A stretch of DNA of 62,077 nucleotides, filler included. It is 7 parts of 7 records of this genome, joined end to end, with 100 filler letters (N's around TTAATTAATTAA, not from the genome) between each part and the next. Parts side by side here need not be neighbours in the genome. Positions count along the whole stretch, not along the records: positions 1 to 8,893 come from SRR31147125_4622; positions 8,994 to 18,792 come from SRR31147125_4627; 5 more parts are not named here. The stretch is one strand, 5' to 3'. Numbering within the stretch: position 1 is the first letter of the stretch; the number at the start of each line of letters is the position of its first letter. Position numbers and translations under genes: made by a program. Shown one piece after another: positions 1-10,068 of this stretch. Below the pieces are notes generated by a model. It had not been told where the DNA came from and did no database searches. It worked only from the letters and a program-made list of their open reading frames with translations.

Positions 1-1
1 A

Positions 2-1322
2 TCAAGGGATATTGATTTTAAAGAGTTTCACCTTGCATTAAACAAAAAGAGTATTGCAGGTTACGTTGCATTAACTGGTGAAGCACTTAATATTCACAAC
101 GTGAATGATATTCCAGAGCACCTTGGTCTTAGTTATAACGCTAGTTTCGATAAAACGATTAACTATAAAACTGTAAACATGGTAACAATTCCAATGAAAG
201 ATTTTACTGGTGAAGTAGTTGGTGTTGTACAACTCTTGAATAAAAAGCGGTCAAATGAAATAATACTGGGAAACCCTAGCAGTATTGAAGAGCAGATAAT
301 AGACTACCAAATGACTGAAATAAATATTATCAGTTCACTTGCCTCACAGGCAGGAATACTGATAGAGAGAACTATTCTATACAATGAGATACAAGAGTTA
401 TTACAATCATTTATAGAGTCAATGGTGATGACGCTTGAGACAAGGGATAACACTACGTCAGGTCATTCGAGACGTTTAGCCGGTTACGCTATGAATTTTG
501 GAGTCGCTAAGTAATGTAGAATACGGGAAATATAAGAGTTTAAAGTATGATAAAGAACAGATAAGAGAGATATATTATGCAGGTTTATTACACGATATAG
601 GAAAAATAGGTGTAAAAGAGGATGTTCTTCAAAAAAGAGGACGTTTGAAAGATGATAGACTTGAAGTGATAAGATTTAGATATAAGTATATTAAAGCGAT
701 GCTTTTGAAACAGCAAGTTGAAAAGGGCTTGAATTCAAGAGAAGAGCTGTTACTAGGAACAATAGATGATTGTTTTGATTTTGTATCTAGTGTGAATAAC
801 AAGGGATATATTGATGAGAACACAGAGACAAGATTAAAAAATCTGGCAAAAATGGTTATTGTTTTCGGAGATGAAGAGATTAGAATGTTAGATAAATTTG
901 AATATGAAAATCTATCAATTAAACGTGGAAATCTAACTGCTTCTGAGAGAAAAGAGATTGAGTTGCATGTTGTACATACGTGGAATATCCTAAATGGTAT
1001 CAAATGGAATAAATCTCTTAAAGACGTACCTCTAATAGCTGGAAGTCATCATGAGAGAATGAATGGGAAAGGATATCCTAAAGGCTTAAAAGGAGATGAA
1101 ATCCCTATTCAAGCAAGAATATTAGCAATGTTAGATATATTTGAAGCTTTAACAGCTCGTGACAGACCATACAAAAAACCTATGAGTGTCGAACGGGCTA
1201 TTGAGATATTAGGTAAAGAAGTGGAGAATAATAATTTGGATAAAGAACTGTTTGATATATTCATGAATGAAAAGATATTTGAGCTATATAAGGAAGAATT
1301 AGATAAGATATTTAAAATTTAA
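2..1322 (+). CDS. GAF plus HD-GYP cyclic-dinucleotide phosphodiesterase, 5'-truncated, frameshift near 495-500
   Basis: Frame open from nt 2 (SIAGYVALTGE, GVVQLLNK: GAF), then RDNTTSGHSRR. Second frame has AGLLHDIGKIGV, HHERMNGKGYPKGL, DIFEALTARDRPYKK. The shift lies at a T run. Confidence 0.9.
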
Positions 1323-1336
1323 TTGGAGGGTTGAAA

Positions 1337-2227
1337 ATGTCTGAATTTAAAATCAAATTTTGGGGTGTTAGAGGAAGCTATCCCGTATCAGGGGAGAAGT
1401 TTGTAAAATACGGAGGCAATACAACATGTATTTCTATGGAAATAGGGGATAAAATACTGATCTTTGATGCTGGTACCGGAATGATTAATTTAGGTAATGA
1501 GATTATGAGTGAAAAAAAATATGATGTTATGAACCTTTTTTTCACTCATACACATATTGATCATGTTCAAGGTTTACCATATTTTGGACCAGCTTACTCA
1601 GGTAAAAAGACTTTAAATATATTAGGTCCGACAGTGTTTGATAAAAATATTGAGGAAGTCCTGGCAACTTTGATGTCTTATCAGTTTTTCCCAGTAAAAT
1701 TTAACCAACTATCTTGTAATATGAGAGCTTTTCACATAAGCGATAACCAAGTAATTATACTTAGAAAAGGAGAGAAAATACCGTTAAGGTATAATAAATT
1801 TCACGATAACTACTCATTTAGAGAGGATGATGTTATTGTTAAGATGATAAGAGAGCCAAATCATCCTGTTGGGGGAGTTTCAATATATAAAGTTGAGTAT
1901 AAAGGAAAAATAGCTGTTTTTGCAACTGATCTGGAGGGGTATATTAACGGAAATACTTCTCTTATTAAATTCGCAAAGGATGCAGACGTATTAATCCATG
2001 ACTGCGCTTATAGTGAAGAAGAATATTTAAATAAACAAGGTTGGGGGCATAGTACTCCTTTAATGGCAGTTACAAATGCTCAAAAGGCGAATGTAAAAAA
2101 ACTCTTTTTAACACATCATGAACCCTATGAAACAGATCAAGTTATATCAAGTAAACTAGAAGTTGCAAGAGCAAAATTTGCAAACAGTTATTTAGCATAC
2201 GAAGGTTTGGAACTAAAGTTGTTATAA
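1337..2227 (+). CDS. MBL-fold metallo-hydrolase (RNase Z-like / cyclic-nucleotide phosphodiesterase-like family)
   Basis: FWGVRGS...YGGNTTC, DAGTG, THTHIDHVQG (HxHxDH), GWGHST, THHEP. GGAGG RBS upstream. Confidence 0.88.
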   Translation: MSEFKIKFWGVRGSYPVSGEKFVKYGGNTTCISMEIGDKILIFDAGTGMINLGNEIMSEKKYDVMNLFFTHTHIDHVQGLPYFGPAYSGKKTLNILGPTVFDKNIEEVLATLMSYQFFPVKFNQLSCNMRAFHISDNQVIILRKGEKIPLRYNKFHDNYSFREDDVIVKMIREPNHPVGGVSIYKVEYKGKIAVFATDLEGYINGNTSLIKFAKDADVLIHDCAYSEEEYLNKQGWGHSTPLMAVTNAQKANVKKLFLTHHEPYETDQVISSKLEVARAKFANSYLAYEGLELKLL

Positions 2228-2325
2228 ATTAGAGTTTAAATAAATATCTAAAATTTCATTAGATTGAAATTGAAAAAAGTTTTGTTTAGCAGAAAAATTA
2301 GTAACTTAAAGGAGGTAAGTGGGAT

Positions 2326-3578
2326 ATGAAAAAAGTTTTGGGATTATTTTTATTACTAATATTGCTGACAGTAAATAGTTTCTCAGAAACAAGCGAAGAG
2401 GAGATTTTACAAGAAGCTACTCCTTTTCAAATTATTGAAATAATGATAGAAGAGGGAGCTGTAGACGAAGCTGAGTTTATGCTGAATGAATCTAAAATGG
2501 TGGGGAAAAAAAGTTTTGAGTATTATAGGCTTATGGCAAAAATTGAAGATCAAAGAGGAAATGAAAAAGTAGCTTTAAAATTTTATGAAAAGGCATCTAA
2601 AAAGCAGCCAAAGAATGTTTTCGTAAAGGTAGCAATATTAAAAATTAAAATTCAGAGAAATGAAAGAGCAAAAGTTATTAGAAAAGAGATAAAAGAGTTG
2701 TTAGAGTTAGATTTATCTCCTGATGATAGAGAAAGTATAGAAGCAATATCGAAAGCATATGAGGAAAAAAAGGCCAGTTCAAAATCTTATATGTTAAATA
2801 TTTCAACAGGTCTTTCTTATGCTGACAATGTATATGAAACAAACGAGGATGAAAAGGGGGATGTTTTTGCAGATACGAGATTAACAGGAGCTTTTATTAA
2901 AAAATTTGATAGCAAGTTATCATTGACGACATTCGGATCTGTGGGTAACAAAACCTATGTAAATGAGGATTCAAAAAATGCTAATAACTTCTTCATTGGT
3001 CTTGAGACTGCTAAACCAGTAAAGAATATAGTGGTAGCTGTGCCACTTACATATAATCAGAGTTATGAAGATGGAGAATTATCATCTAGTGGATACTCTG
3101 TAGGTTTAAAAGGAAAAAGAACTTTATTAAAAAAATTCCTTTTACAGCAGGAATAGATTTTGCTGGAACAATATCAGAGACTGAAGATTCAGATAGTACT
3201 TCAATATTACTATTTTCAAATATAAATTTAATTATTGGTTTTGGTTTAATAATAACACCAGAAGTAAGCTATGAGTTCTTACTGCATGACGATGAAGATT
3301 CAGAATACACTGGGCTTGCGGGAAAAATAGCAGCTAGATGGAAGTTTAAAGAAAAGCATTTATTAACTGCATCATATAAAGTTACTTCTAAAACATATGA
3401 TGAAGCTGATAGAGAAGATCTGAATCACAATGTAGCTACGAATTTTGAGTCGCAAATTGGAAAATCGAAATGGAAATATATTCTAGGTTACGGAATGAAA
3501 ATGAATGATTCTGATTCAAGTGAGAATGAATATACTGCAAGTACGATATCATTTAAGATTAAAAGGGAATTTAATTAG
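2326..3578 (+). CDS. Secreted TPR plus outer-membrane beta-barrel protein (Slam/DUF560-like), frameshift near 3130-3143
   Basis: Signal peptide, TPR helices (YRLMAKIEDQRGNEKVALKFYEKA), then amphipathic beta strands. The shifted frame, read by hand, continues TAGIDFAG...DREDLNHNV...NDSDSSENEYTASTISFKIKREFN to TAG at 3578. Confidence 0.7.
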
Positions 3579-3588
3579 GGGTGTAGAC

Positions 3589-4724
3589 ATGAAAAAAATA
3601 TTTTTATTCGTATTCTTATTTATATTTACAATTGCATCTTTTTCAGCCTCTGAACTTGATTCACTTTTAAAAGATGACGCTGATCTATTTAATGAGTTAA
3701 GTGCTGATGAAAATGGTTTGGTATCAAAGGATGTTTTCGTCGAGAAACTAAATGGACAGGCTTTTTTGCAACACTTAGATTCGGATAAGTGGTTCCAAAT
3801 AGTTGCGAATACGGCTATAAAAGAAAAAGACACTATTATTACAATGGAAAACTCTTCTATGAGAGTAAGAATGGAAGACGAAACATTTATAAATATTGGT
3901 GGAAGAACTAAAATATACTTTGATACTCTTAGAGGAAAACCTCAGGAAGAGTTAATTACTGAAACAGGACTAAAACTTGCCTTTGGAAAGGTGTTTTCAA
4001 AAGTAAGAAAAAAGTTGAAACAGGTGGAAAGTATGAAATAGAAGCAGGCAGTGTGGTGGCCGGTGTTAGAGGAACTCAATATTTGACAGAGTTATCTAAA
4101 CAGGGTGAAGTAAGTGTAAAAGTTTATGAAGGGAATGTATTTGTAGTTCCTGTAGAAGTATATAGAACCAGAGAGGCTCAGAAGAAAAAAGAGCAAGCTG
4201 AAAAGACAAAAGAAAAAGGGACAGTAGCTAAACCGGATGAGGATTCTGAAGATGATGGCGAAGAAACAGAGGGAGATCAAGCTAATGATGGAACTGCTGA
4301 AGAGGATACAGATGAGGCAGGCGCTGACCTTACAGGAACAGAAGGTGAACCTGCTACAGGTGAAGAGATAGTTCTAGGAGCAAATGAAGTAATTGTAGTA
4401 GAGGATGCAACTAGTGACTGGGTAATAGAGGTGCATAATGAAGTTGCGCCAATTGAGTTAGAAGAATCAAGTAGTGTAAGTGAAGAGTTAGAGGAGATAA
4501 AAGAGGAAGCTGGAGTAGTAGAGGAAACAGTTACAGAGGAGAGTGCAGATAAGGCTTCAGAAGCAGTTTCTGAAGAGATAGGAGATGAAGAACCTGAGAT
4601 AGATATCCTTCAAGAGTTGCAAGAGGCTATTAGTAATGTTGAGGAGGAAGCAGTTTCTACAATTGAGGAGCAGGAAGAAGAGGTTGTATTACCAACGGCT
4701 GATATAACGGTTAATGTAAGATAA
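3589..4724 (+). CDS. Secreted FecR-domain protein with long Glu/Asp-rich C-terminal tail, frameshift in the A run near 4008-4013
   Basis: Signal peptide MKKIFLF, then DTIITMENSSMRVRMEDET and GKVFSKV. Adding one A gives KVETGGKYEIEAGSVVAGVRGT (FecR motif), followed by VKVYEGNV. Confidence 0.8.
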
Positions 4725-4749
4725 AATATAAAAAGTGGTGGTGGATAAA

Positions 4750-6186
4750 ATGTTAAAAAGATTAAGTCATTGCTTAATATTAATCAGTTTTGGAGTACTA
4801 TTTTCAGCATGTTTTAGTGAAAGAATCTCAAATACAAAAGATAATAAAGGGGATTTATATGTTTCAGGAACATGGCCTAAAAATTTAAAAACATCAAATA
4901 TAACTAATGCAAAATCAATACCACAAACAGCTTCGACTATTAAGATAAAGGTGTCAGATACTGATGGAATAACTATTGAAAAAAGTGTGAGTAAAACCTC
5001 AGATAGCACAAGTTTTGATATAGCATTTTCTGATCTAGAAATAGGGAATTGGGAAATCACAGGTGAAGCAATTGATGAAAATGGTAATGTCGTAGGGACA
5101 ACACAATCAAAGAGTATAACAGTTGTTAATGGATCAAACTCATTTTCAGCAGTATTTGGGCCTGTAACTTACTCTGAATTATTCCTAGAAGACTCATTTT
5201 ATAAATTACTGGGAGACTATACTCATCATTTTGATGTTATGGCATATTTAGAAGTGGATAAAATAGAATATCAAACAGCTGAAGCTTATAAAAAAACTTC
5301 AGGGAGTAACGATGATTGGCCAGAGAGTAGAGAGAGATTTACTATGTGGTCAGAATATGAAACATTAGATTCAACGACTGAGTCTGCCATCTTCCTCAAA
5401 GAAGAGGGATCAAGTTATTATGATGGTGAGATTGTAGCGGTTATTAACTATAATTATACTGACGATAAAATAACATCAGCAAAATATACAAATGATAGCT
5501 CAACTAATAGTTCAATTGTAAGTGGCTACGATTCTAGTAAAAATATTACAGTAAATACGACTATTAGCTATAATTCTGAAGATAGAATAAGTAGCTTTAG
5601 TAACTCTGGTACTTATAATGATGGAAGTGATAAAACATTCGGAGAAGAGGTAACAGCAAGTTATAGCAATGGGAACTTTATACTTGCTGAGTTTATTGAT
5701 TCTAGTAATGAGACAGAAACTGTAACTTTTGGATATAGTGGTGGAAGAATGACAAGTTTTTCAATGGTTGATAGTGAGAGAAGTGAAACAGATACAATTA
5801 CTTGGGCTAATTCTAACCAAATTGAGAAAATGGTTGCTTCAGGAACAGAAAATGGAGAAAGCAAAACGAAAACAGGAACTTTTTCATATAATTCTACAAC
5901 AGAAAAATTGGAAGAGGTAGTTTGGGTTGAAAGTAGTAGTCAAGGAACTTATACCCAAACAATAAACTATTATTATGAAGAGGAAACTTCGAATAATAAT
6001 ACATATGAACATTTGAGTAAAATAACGTATACATCAAATAGCCAGCTTGAGTATGAAATTATTTTTTATTACCAAGCTGATGAACCGAATAGGGTTGATA
6101 GCGTGTATTATCATCATTATTATGATGGAACGAATTATTATGAAATGTTTTCTGATAAATTATACTATGTTGGAGAAACAAATTAA
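4750..6186 (+). CDS. Lipoprotein, Ser/Thr/Tyr-rich beta-strand protein (paralog 1)
   Basis: Lipobox FSAC. N-terminal beta-sandwich-like domain, then repeated strands ending in Y(N/S/Y) that resemble YD repeats. Confidence 0.75.
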   Translation: MLKRLSHCLILISFGVLFSACFSERISNTKDNKGDLYVSGTWPKNLKTSNITNAKSIPQTASTIKIKVSDTDGITIEKSVSKTSDSTSFDIAFSDLEIGNWEITGEAIDENGNVVGTTQSKSITVVNGSNSFSAVFGPVTYSELFLEDSFYKLLGDYTHHFDVMAYLEVDKIEYQTAEAYKKTSGSNDDWPESRERFTMWSEYETLDSTTESAIFLKEEGSSYYDGEIVAVINYNYTDDKITSAKYTNDSSTNSSIVSGYDSSKNITVNTTISYNSEDRISSFSNSGTYNDGSDKTFGEEVTASYSNGNFILAEFIDSSNETETVTFGYSGGRMTSFSMVDSERSETDTITWANSNQIEKMVASGTENGESKTKTGTFSYNSTTEKLEEVVWVESSSQGTYTQTINYYYEEETSNNNTYEHLSKITYTSNSQLEYEIIFYYQADEPNRVDSVYYHHYYDGTNYYEMFSDKLYYVGETN

Positions 6187-6221
6187 TGGGATAAGCTATA
6201 TTTGATAGTTAGGAGGATAGT

Positions 6222-7700
6222 ATGAGGGGAAAGCTATTAGGTTTATTTTTAGGATTAATAACGTTAGTAGTCTTTTCAGGATGTTTTTCTGATAGGATTA
6301 GTAATACAAAAGATGGACAAGGTGAGTTAAGTATATCTGGAGTTTGGCCAATTACAACAAATAGTTTAACAAGTAGCAGGGCGATATCATCGTCAGCAAG
6401 TACAATAACGTTAACGTTAACAAATACTTCAACTGAAGAAGTAGTAGAAAAAAGTGTCAGCAAAACAGCGAATACAACTTACTTTTTAATTGATTTTACA
6501 GAGCTTGCTACAGGAACGTGGAAGGTTGAAGGTAAAGCCACAGATAGTAGTGGCGATAGTGTTGGAACAATAAGAACAAAAAAAGTTCTAATTGTAGAGG
6601 GGAGTAATGCTTTTTCAGCAGTATTTGGCCCTGTAACATATTCCGAGCTATATTTAGATGATTCCTTCTATAGATTATTAGGAGATTATACACATCACTT
6701 TGATGCCATGAGCTATTTGAAAGTAAAAAAAGTAGAGTATTATGAAGGAGAATCATTTAACTATAAGAATGGAAATGATTATGAAACAATCTCTAGAGAA
6801 GAGTTTGAAAGGTGGCAGCATTTCACAAATCTAGAAAATTATACAACTGAATCTGCTATATTTATGAGAGAAGAGGGACTTACACCTGACTGGGAGTCGT
6901 CAGATGTATTAGCAACGATAAATTATACATATACCGGCGATAAGATAACTTCAGCTGTTTATACAAATGACAGTACAGTAGATACATCAATTGTAGCAGG
7001 TTTTACTGAGAGAAATATAAAGTATACGGCAACTGTATCCTATAATTCTGATGATAGAATTAGTGAACTTAATAGTTCTGGTAGTTATACAGATACCAGC
7101 TCAAACACCCAAACTTTTGGAGAAGTAATTAGCGCGAATTATTCTAATGGGGTTTTGTCCTCTGTTAGTTTTGAGGAAAATAATAGCTCTTCGGAGTCAC
7201 AAAGTGAGGGAGGAACAATGACCTTTACTTATGACGCTGGAAGACTAATAGCAACTACGGAAAGTAATGAAAGTGGTCAGAGTTATGGTGACACTATTGC
7301 TTGGGATCTCTCGGCACCTAACTTCATAGATGTTGTAACCTCTACGGAAGAAGACGAGGGTGAAACGAAGACAAGAACATCCACCTTTAACTATGATGAT
7401 GAAAACTATAAACTTGATTCAATATCATATAAAGAGGGAACAAATGCTAAAGTAAAATATTTTTATTATGATGAAAAAACATATACTTATGATGGAGAAG
7501 TAAATAATAACACAAATGGCCATCTAAGTGAAATTATTAGTACGGATCTTAGTACTTGGTTAAAATTAGAATTTATATATGACTCACTGAATCCTGACAG
7601 AGTTAATGAAATACGTTATTTTAGATCTGATGGAACTCTTGTTAATAATAAACTTAGTTATGAGTTAATATTTAAAGACGTTATAACATACAACGACTAA
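6222..7700 (+). CDS. Lipoprotein, paralog 2 of the gene at 4750-6186
   Basis: Lipobox FSGC and AGGAGG RBS. Shares CFSxRISNTKD, FSAVFGPVTYSEL, LLGDYTHHFD and TTESAIF with paralog 1. Confidence 0.75.
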   Translation: MRGKLLGLFLGLITLVVFSGCFSDRISNTKDGQGELSISGVWPITTNSLTSSRAISSSASTITLTLTNTSTEEVVEKSVSKTANTTYFLIDFTELATGTWKVEGKATDSSGDSVGTIRTKKVLIVEGSNAFSAVFGPVTYSELYLDDSFYRLLGDYTHHFDAMSYLKVKKVEYYEGESFNYKNGNDYETISREEFERWQHFTNLENYTTESAIFMREEGLTPDWESSDVLATINYTYTGDKITSAVYTNDSTVDTSIVAGFTERNIKYTATVSYNSDDRISELNSSGSYTDTSSNTQTFGEVISANYSNGVLSSVSFEENNSSSESQSEGGTMTFTYDAGRLIATTESNESGQSYGDTIAWDLSAPNFIDVVTSTEEDEGETKTRTSTFNYDDENYKLDSISYKEGTNAKVKYFYYDEKTYTYDGEVNNNTNGHLSEIISTDLSTWLKLEFIYDSLNPDRVNEIRYFRSDGTLVNNKLSYELIFKDVITYND

Positions 7701-7718
7701 ATAAAGAGAGGAGAGCTC

Positions 7719-8893
7719 ATGTTTAGAAAAAGAATAATAGCGATAGGACTAGCCTTAAGCTTGTTTTTCAGCGTGGGTTATTTCCTATATGTAAACCTGA
7801 ATCTTACTTTTTTGAATTCTTTGAACTTAAAACTTATGATATGAGATATAAGTTCAAAGAAATAATGAAAGGTGATGAAAAAGATACCCGTGACTATGAT
7901 GTTGTAATAGTTGGAGTAGATGAAAAGAGTTTAATTAAAATAGGTAAATGGCCATGGAGTAGAGATGTTCATGGTAAATTAATAAAAGTATTGAAAGACT
8001 ATGGAATAAAAAGTGTTGGATTTGATGTTTCCTTTAGTGAAGCTGGAGCTTCATCAGAATTTCAAGGCTATAAAAAGGATTTGAAAACAATAGTTGCACA
8101 AGGTTATAAAGGTGGAGAGATTAGTGAGACCAAAGCTGTTGAGATGCTAAAAAAGATTAATCAGCTTAAAACAGATGAAGATTACCAGTTTGCGCTTGCT
8201 CTGAAAGAAACAGGAAATACAGTGATAGGTACATATAACGTAATGAGTGAAGAGGAGGAGATAGAGGAGAGTGTATTTGATAACACTCACTATCAAAGAA
8301 CGAGATATGTAGTAGTTGAAGGAATAATGGATGAGATAATCGAAGTAGGACGTACAGGGGAAAGACGTGTACAGCCATTTGAGATCTATAAAATCATTCC
8401 TCCAATTGATATTCTTGGGAAATTTGCTTTTGGTATTGCTCCGTACGAAGTAGGTGTACCTGATCCAGATGGTGTACTTAGAGGGGTTGTAGTTGTAACA
8501 AAGGAGACTTTAACTAACCTGTATTTTCCACCACTTTACTTAGTTACATATTTGAAAGCAAATGGTTTAACAATGGCTGAGAATGTTTCCTTTAACATGA
8601 AAGAGTCTCAAATAGAGATCTATAAGGGAGCTATGAATGATGAGAACCTATTTAATGTAATTCCTACTAATAAGGATGGATATCAAAGATTATTCTTCTA
8701 TGGCCCAGGGCATACGTTTAAATATATATCATATTACGATATAATAAATGGTTTAGCTGATCCTAATGATTTTAAAGATAAAATTGCTTTAGTGGGTTAT
8801 ACAGACAGTGCAAAAGGACTTTATGATTTACGGGCAACACCACTTGATCCAAACACACCTGGGGTTGAACTTCATGCAACGGCTATTCAAAAT
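7719..8893 (+). CDS. CHASE2-domain membrane receptor, 3'-truncated (output domain not visible), frameshift near 7810-7825
   Basis: ATG at 7719 followed by a TM helix. VVIVGVDEKSLIKIGKWPWSR, GFDVSFSE, DPDGVLR, KDKIALVG, DLRATP, PGVELHA. Confidence 0.88.
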
Positions 8894-8993
8894 NNNNNNN
8901 NNNNNNNNNNNNNNNNNNNNNNNNNNNNNNNNNNNNNTTAATTAATTAANNNNNNNNNNNNNNNNNNNNNNNNNNNNNNNNNNNNNNNNNNNN
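8894..8993. other. Artificial contig linker
   Basis: N44-TTAATTAATTAA-N44, with stops in all six frames. Confidence 0.99.
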
Positions 8994-9452
8994 GAAGGTG
9001 GAGCGCAACAAAAACAAGGTCTTGTTTCTGGAGAAGTTGACGTATTTGTAGGAACTACTCAAGCTGGTATGTCTGAAGTTGAAGCTGGTATTTTAGAACC
9101 AATTATGGCTTTTTCTAAAGAGGGATATACTGGATTTATGGGACCTAATGGAAAAATAAACGTGCCTGGACTTGTAACTAATAGAGCGCCTGGACTTACT
9201 CCTGGAAAAGACTACTCTGATTCGATACTTCCTGCAGGTGGATTTGTAGCTGGTAGAACAGGTTTAGATAAAGAGTGGGAAAATAAACTTATTGAAATAA
9301 CTAAAGCTGTATGGAATGCTCCTGAATATAATGAATGGATTAATGAAATTGGACTTAACAGATTTGAAATATATGGTGATGATGCTCAAGCTTATATGGA
9401 TGATGCTGTTGTAAAAGCTGTTAAAGCATTTAAAATGCTTAGTGCACAATAA
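8994..9452 (+). CDS. tctC: Tripartite tricarboxylate transporter substrate-binding protein, 5'-truncated
   Basis: Frame open from 8994 (EGGAQQKQGLVSGEVDV). Lies upstream of tctB and tctA. Confidence 0.75.
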   Translation, partial: EGGAQQKQGLVSGEVDVFVGTTQAGMSEVEAGILEPIMAFSKEGYTGFMGPNGKINVPGLVTNRAPGLTPGKDYSDSILPAGGFVAGRTGLDKEWENKLIEITKAVWNAPEYNEWINEIGLNRFEIYGDDAQAYMDDAVVKAVKAFKMLSAQ

Positions 9453-9508
9453 GTTTTATTAAGGTTAAGTAGAATTAAGAAATATACATATCATAAGTTG
9501 TACATATA

Positions 9509-9552
9509 AAAATTACATCAGTTTAGAGCTTTTCATAAGCTGATGTAATTTT
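9509..9552 (+). terminator. Hairpin after tctC (terminator or mRNA stabiliser)
   Basis: AAAATTACATCAGTTTA / TAAGCTGATGTAATTTT inverted repeat. Confidence 0.7.
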
Positions 9553-9612
9553 CTTAAATAACTCAACTAAAACATGATTTATTTTTTCATATAATTTGGA
9601 GGTTGTTATAAA

Positions 9613-10068
9613 ATGAAAATTCGTACAAATTTAACGACTGGTATCATTTTTGGAGTCTTAACTATAATTCTTATATTTTTAACTCCTAGTCAGGTTGCTA
9701 TACCAATGTTTGACAATGGTGGTCCAAGTCCTCGTATTATTCCTTACATCACTTTAGGTGGTATCTTCTTTTGTTCCATGCTCTTGATCTTTCAAAGTTT
9801 AGTTTTAAAAAAAGAGCGTATTGTTGAGTTTAAATTCCAAGAAGAAAAAGCTGCTTTTATAATATTAGGGCTAATGATTCTATTTGGTGTTCTTATGATT
9901 AAGTTTGGTTTTCTTGTGGGAGTTTATGTAGCTTTACCATTTATGCTATTTTTTCTCGGAGAAAGAAAACCTTTCATATACATATTTACAATAGTAGCAG
10001 GAACAGGCGTGTATTTTTTATTCATTAACGTCTTCAATATTTCACTTCCTGCGTTTGGAGGTAATTAG
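9613..10068 (+). CDS. tctB: TTT small membrane subunit
   Basis: About 4 TM helices, SPRIIP, C-terminal FINVFNISLP. Confidence 0.85.
   Translation: MKIRTNLTTGIIFGVLTIILIFLTPSQVAIPMFDNGGPSPRIIPYITLGGIFFCSMLLIFQSLVLKKERIVEFKFQEEKAAFIILGLMILFGVLMIKFGFLVGVYVALPFMLFFLGERKPFIYIFTIVAGTGVYFLFINVFNISLPAFGGN

Noticed and set aside
3505..3588. N-terminal extension of the FecR ORF given by the ORF track
   Set aside because: It overlaps the repaired barrel gene. ATG 3589 has a purine-rich SD-like sequence upstream and starts a clean signal peptide.
4750..7700. Diversity-generating retroelement or Rhs toxin explanation for the lipoprotein pair
   Set aside because: No reverse transcriptase, no near-identical TR/VR pair with adenine-specific changes, and no Rhs DPxG core end or immunity gene.
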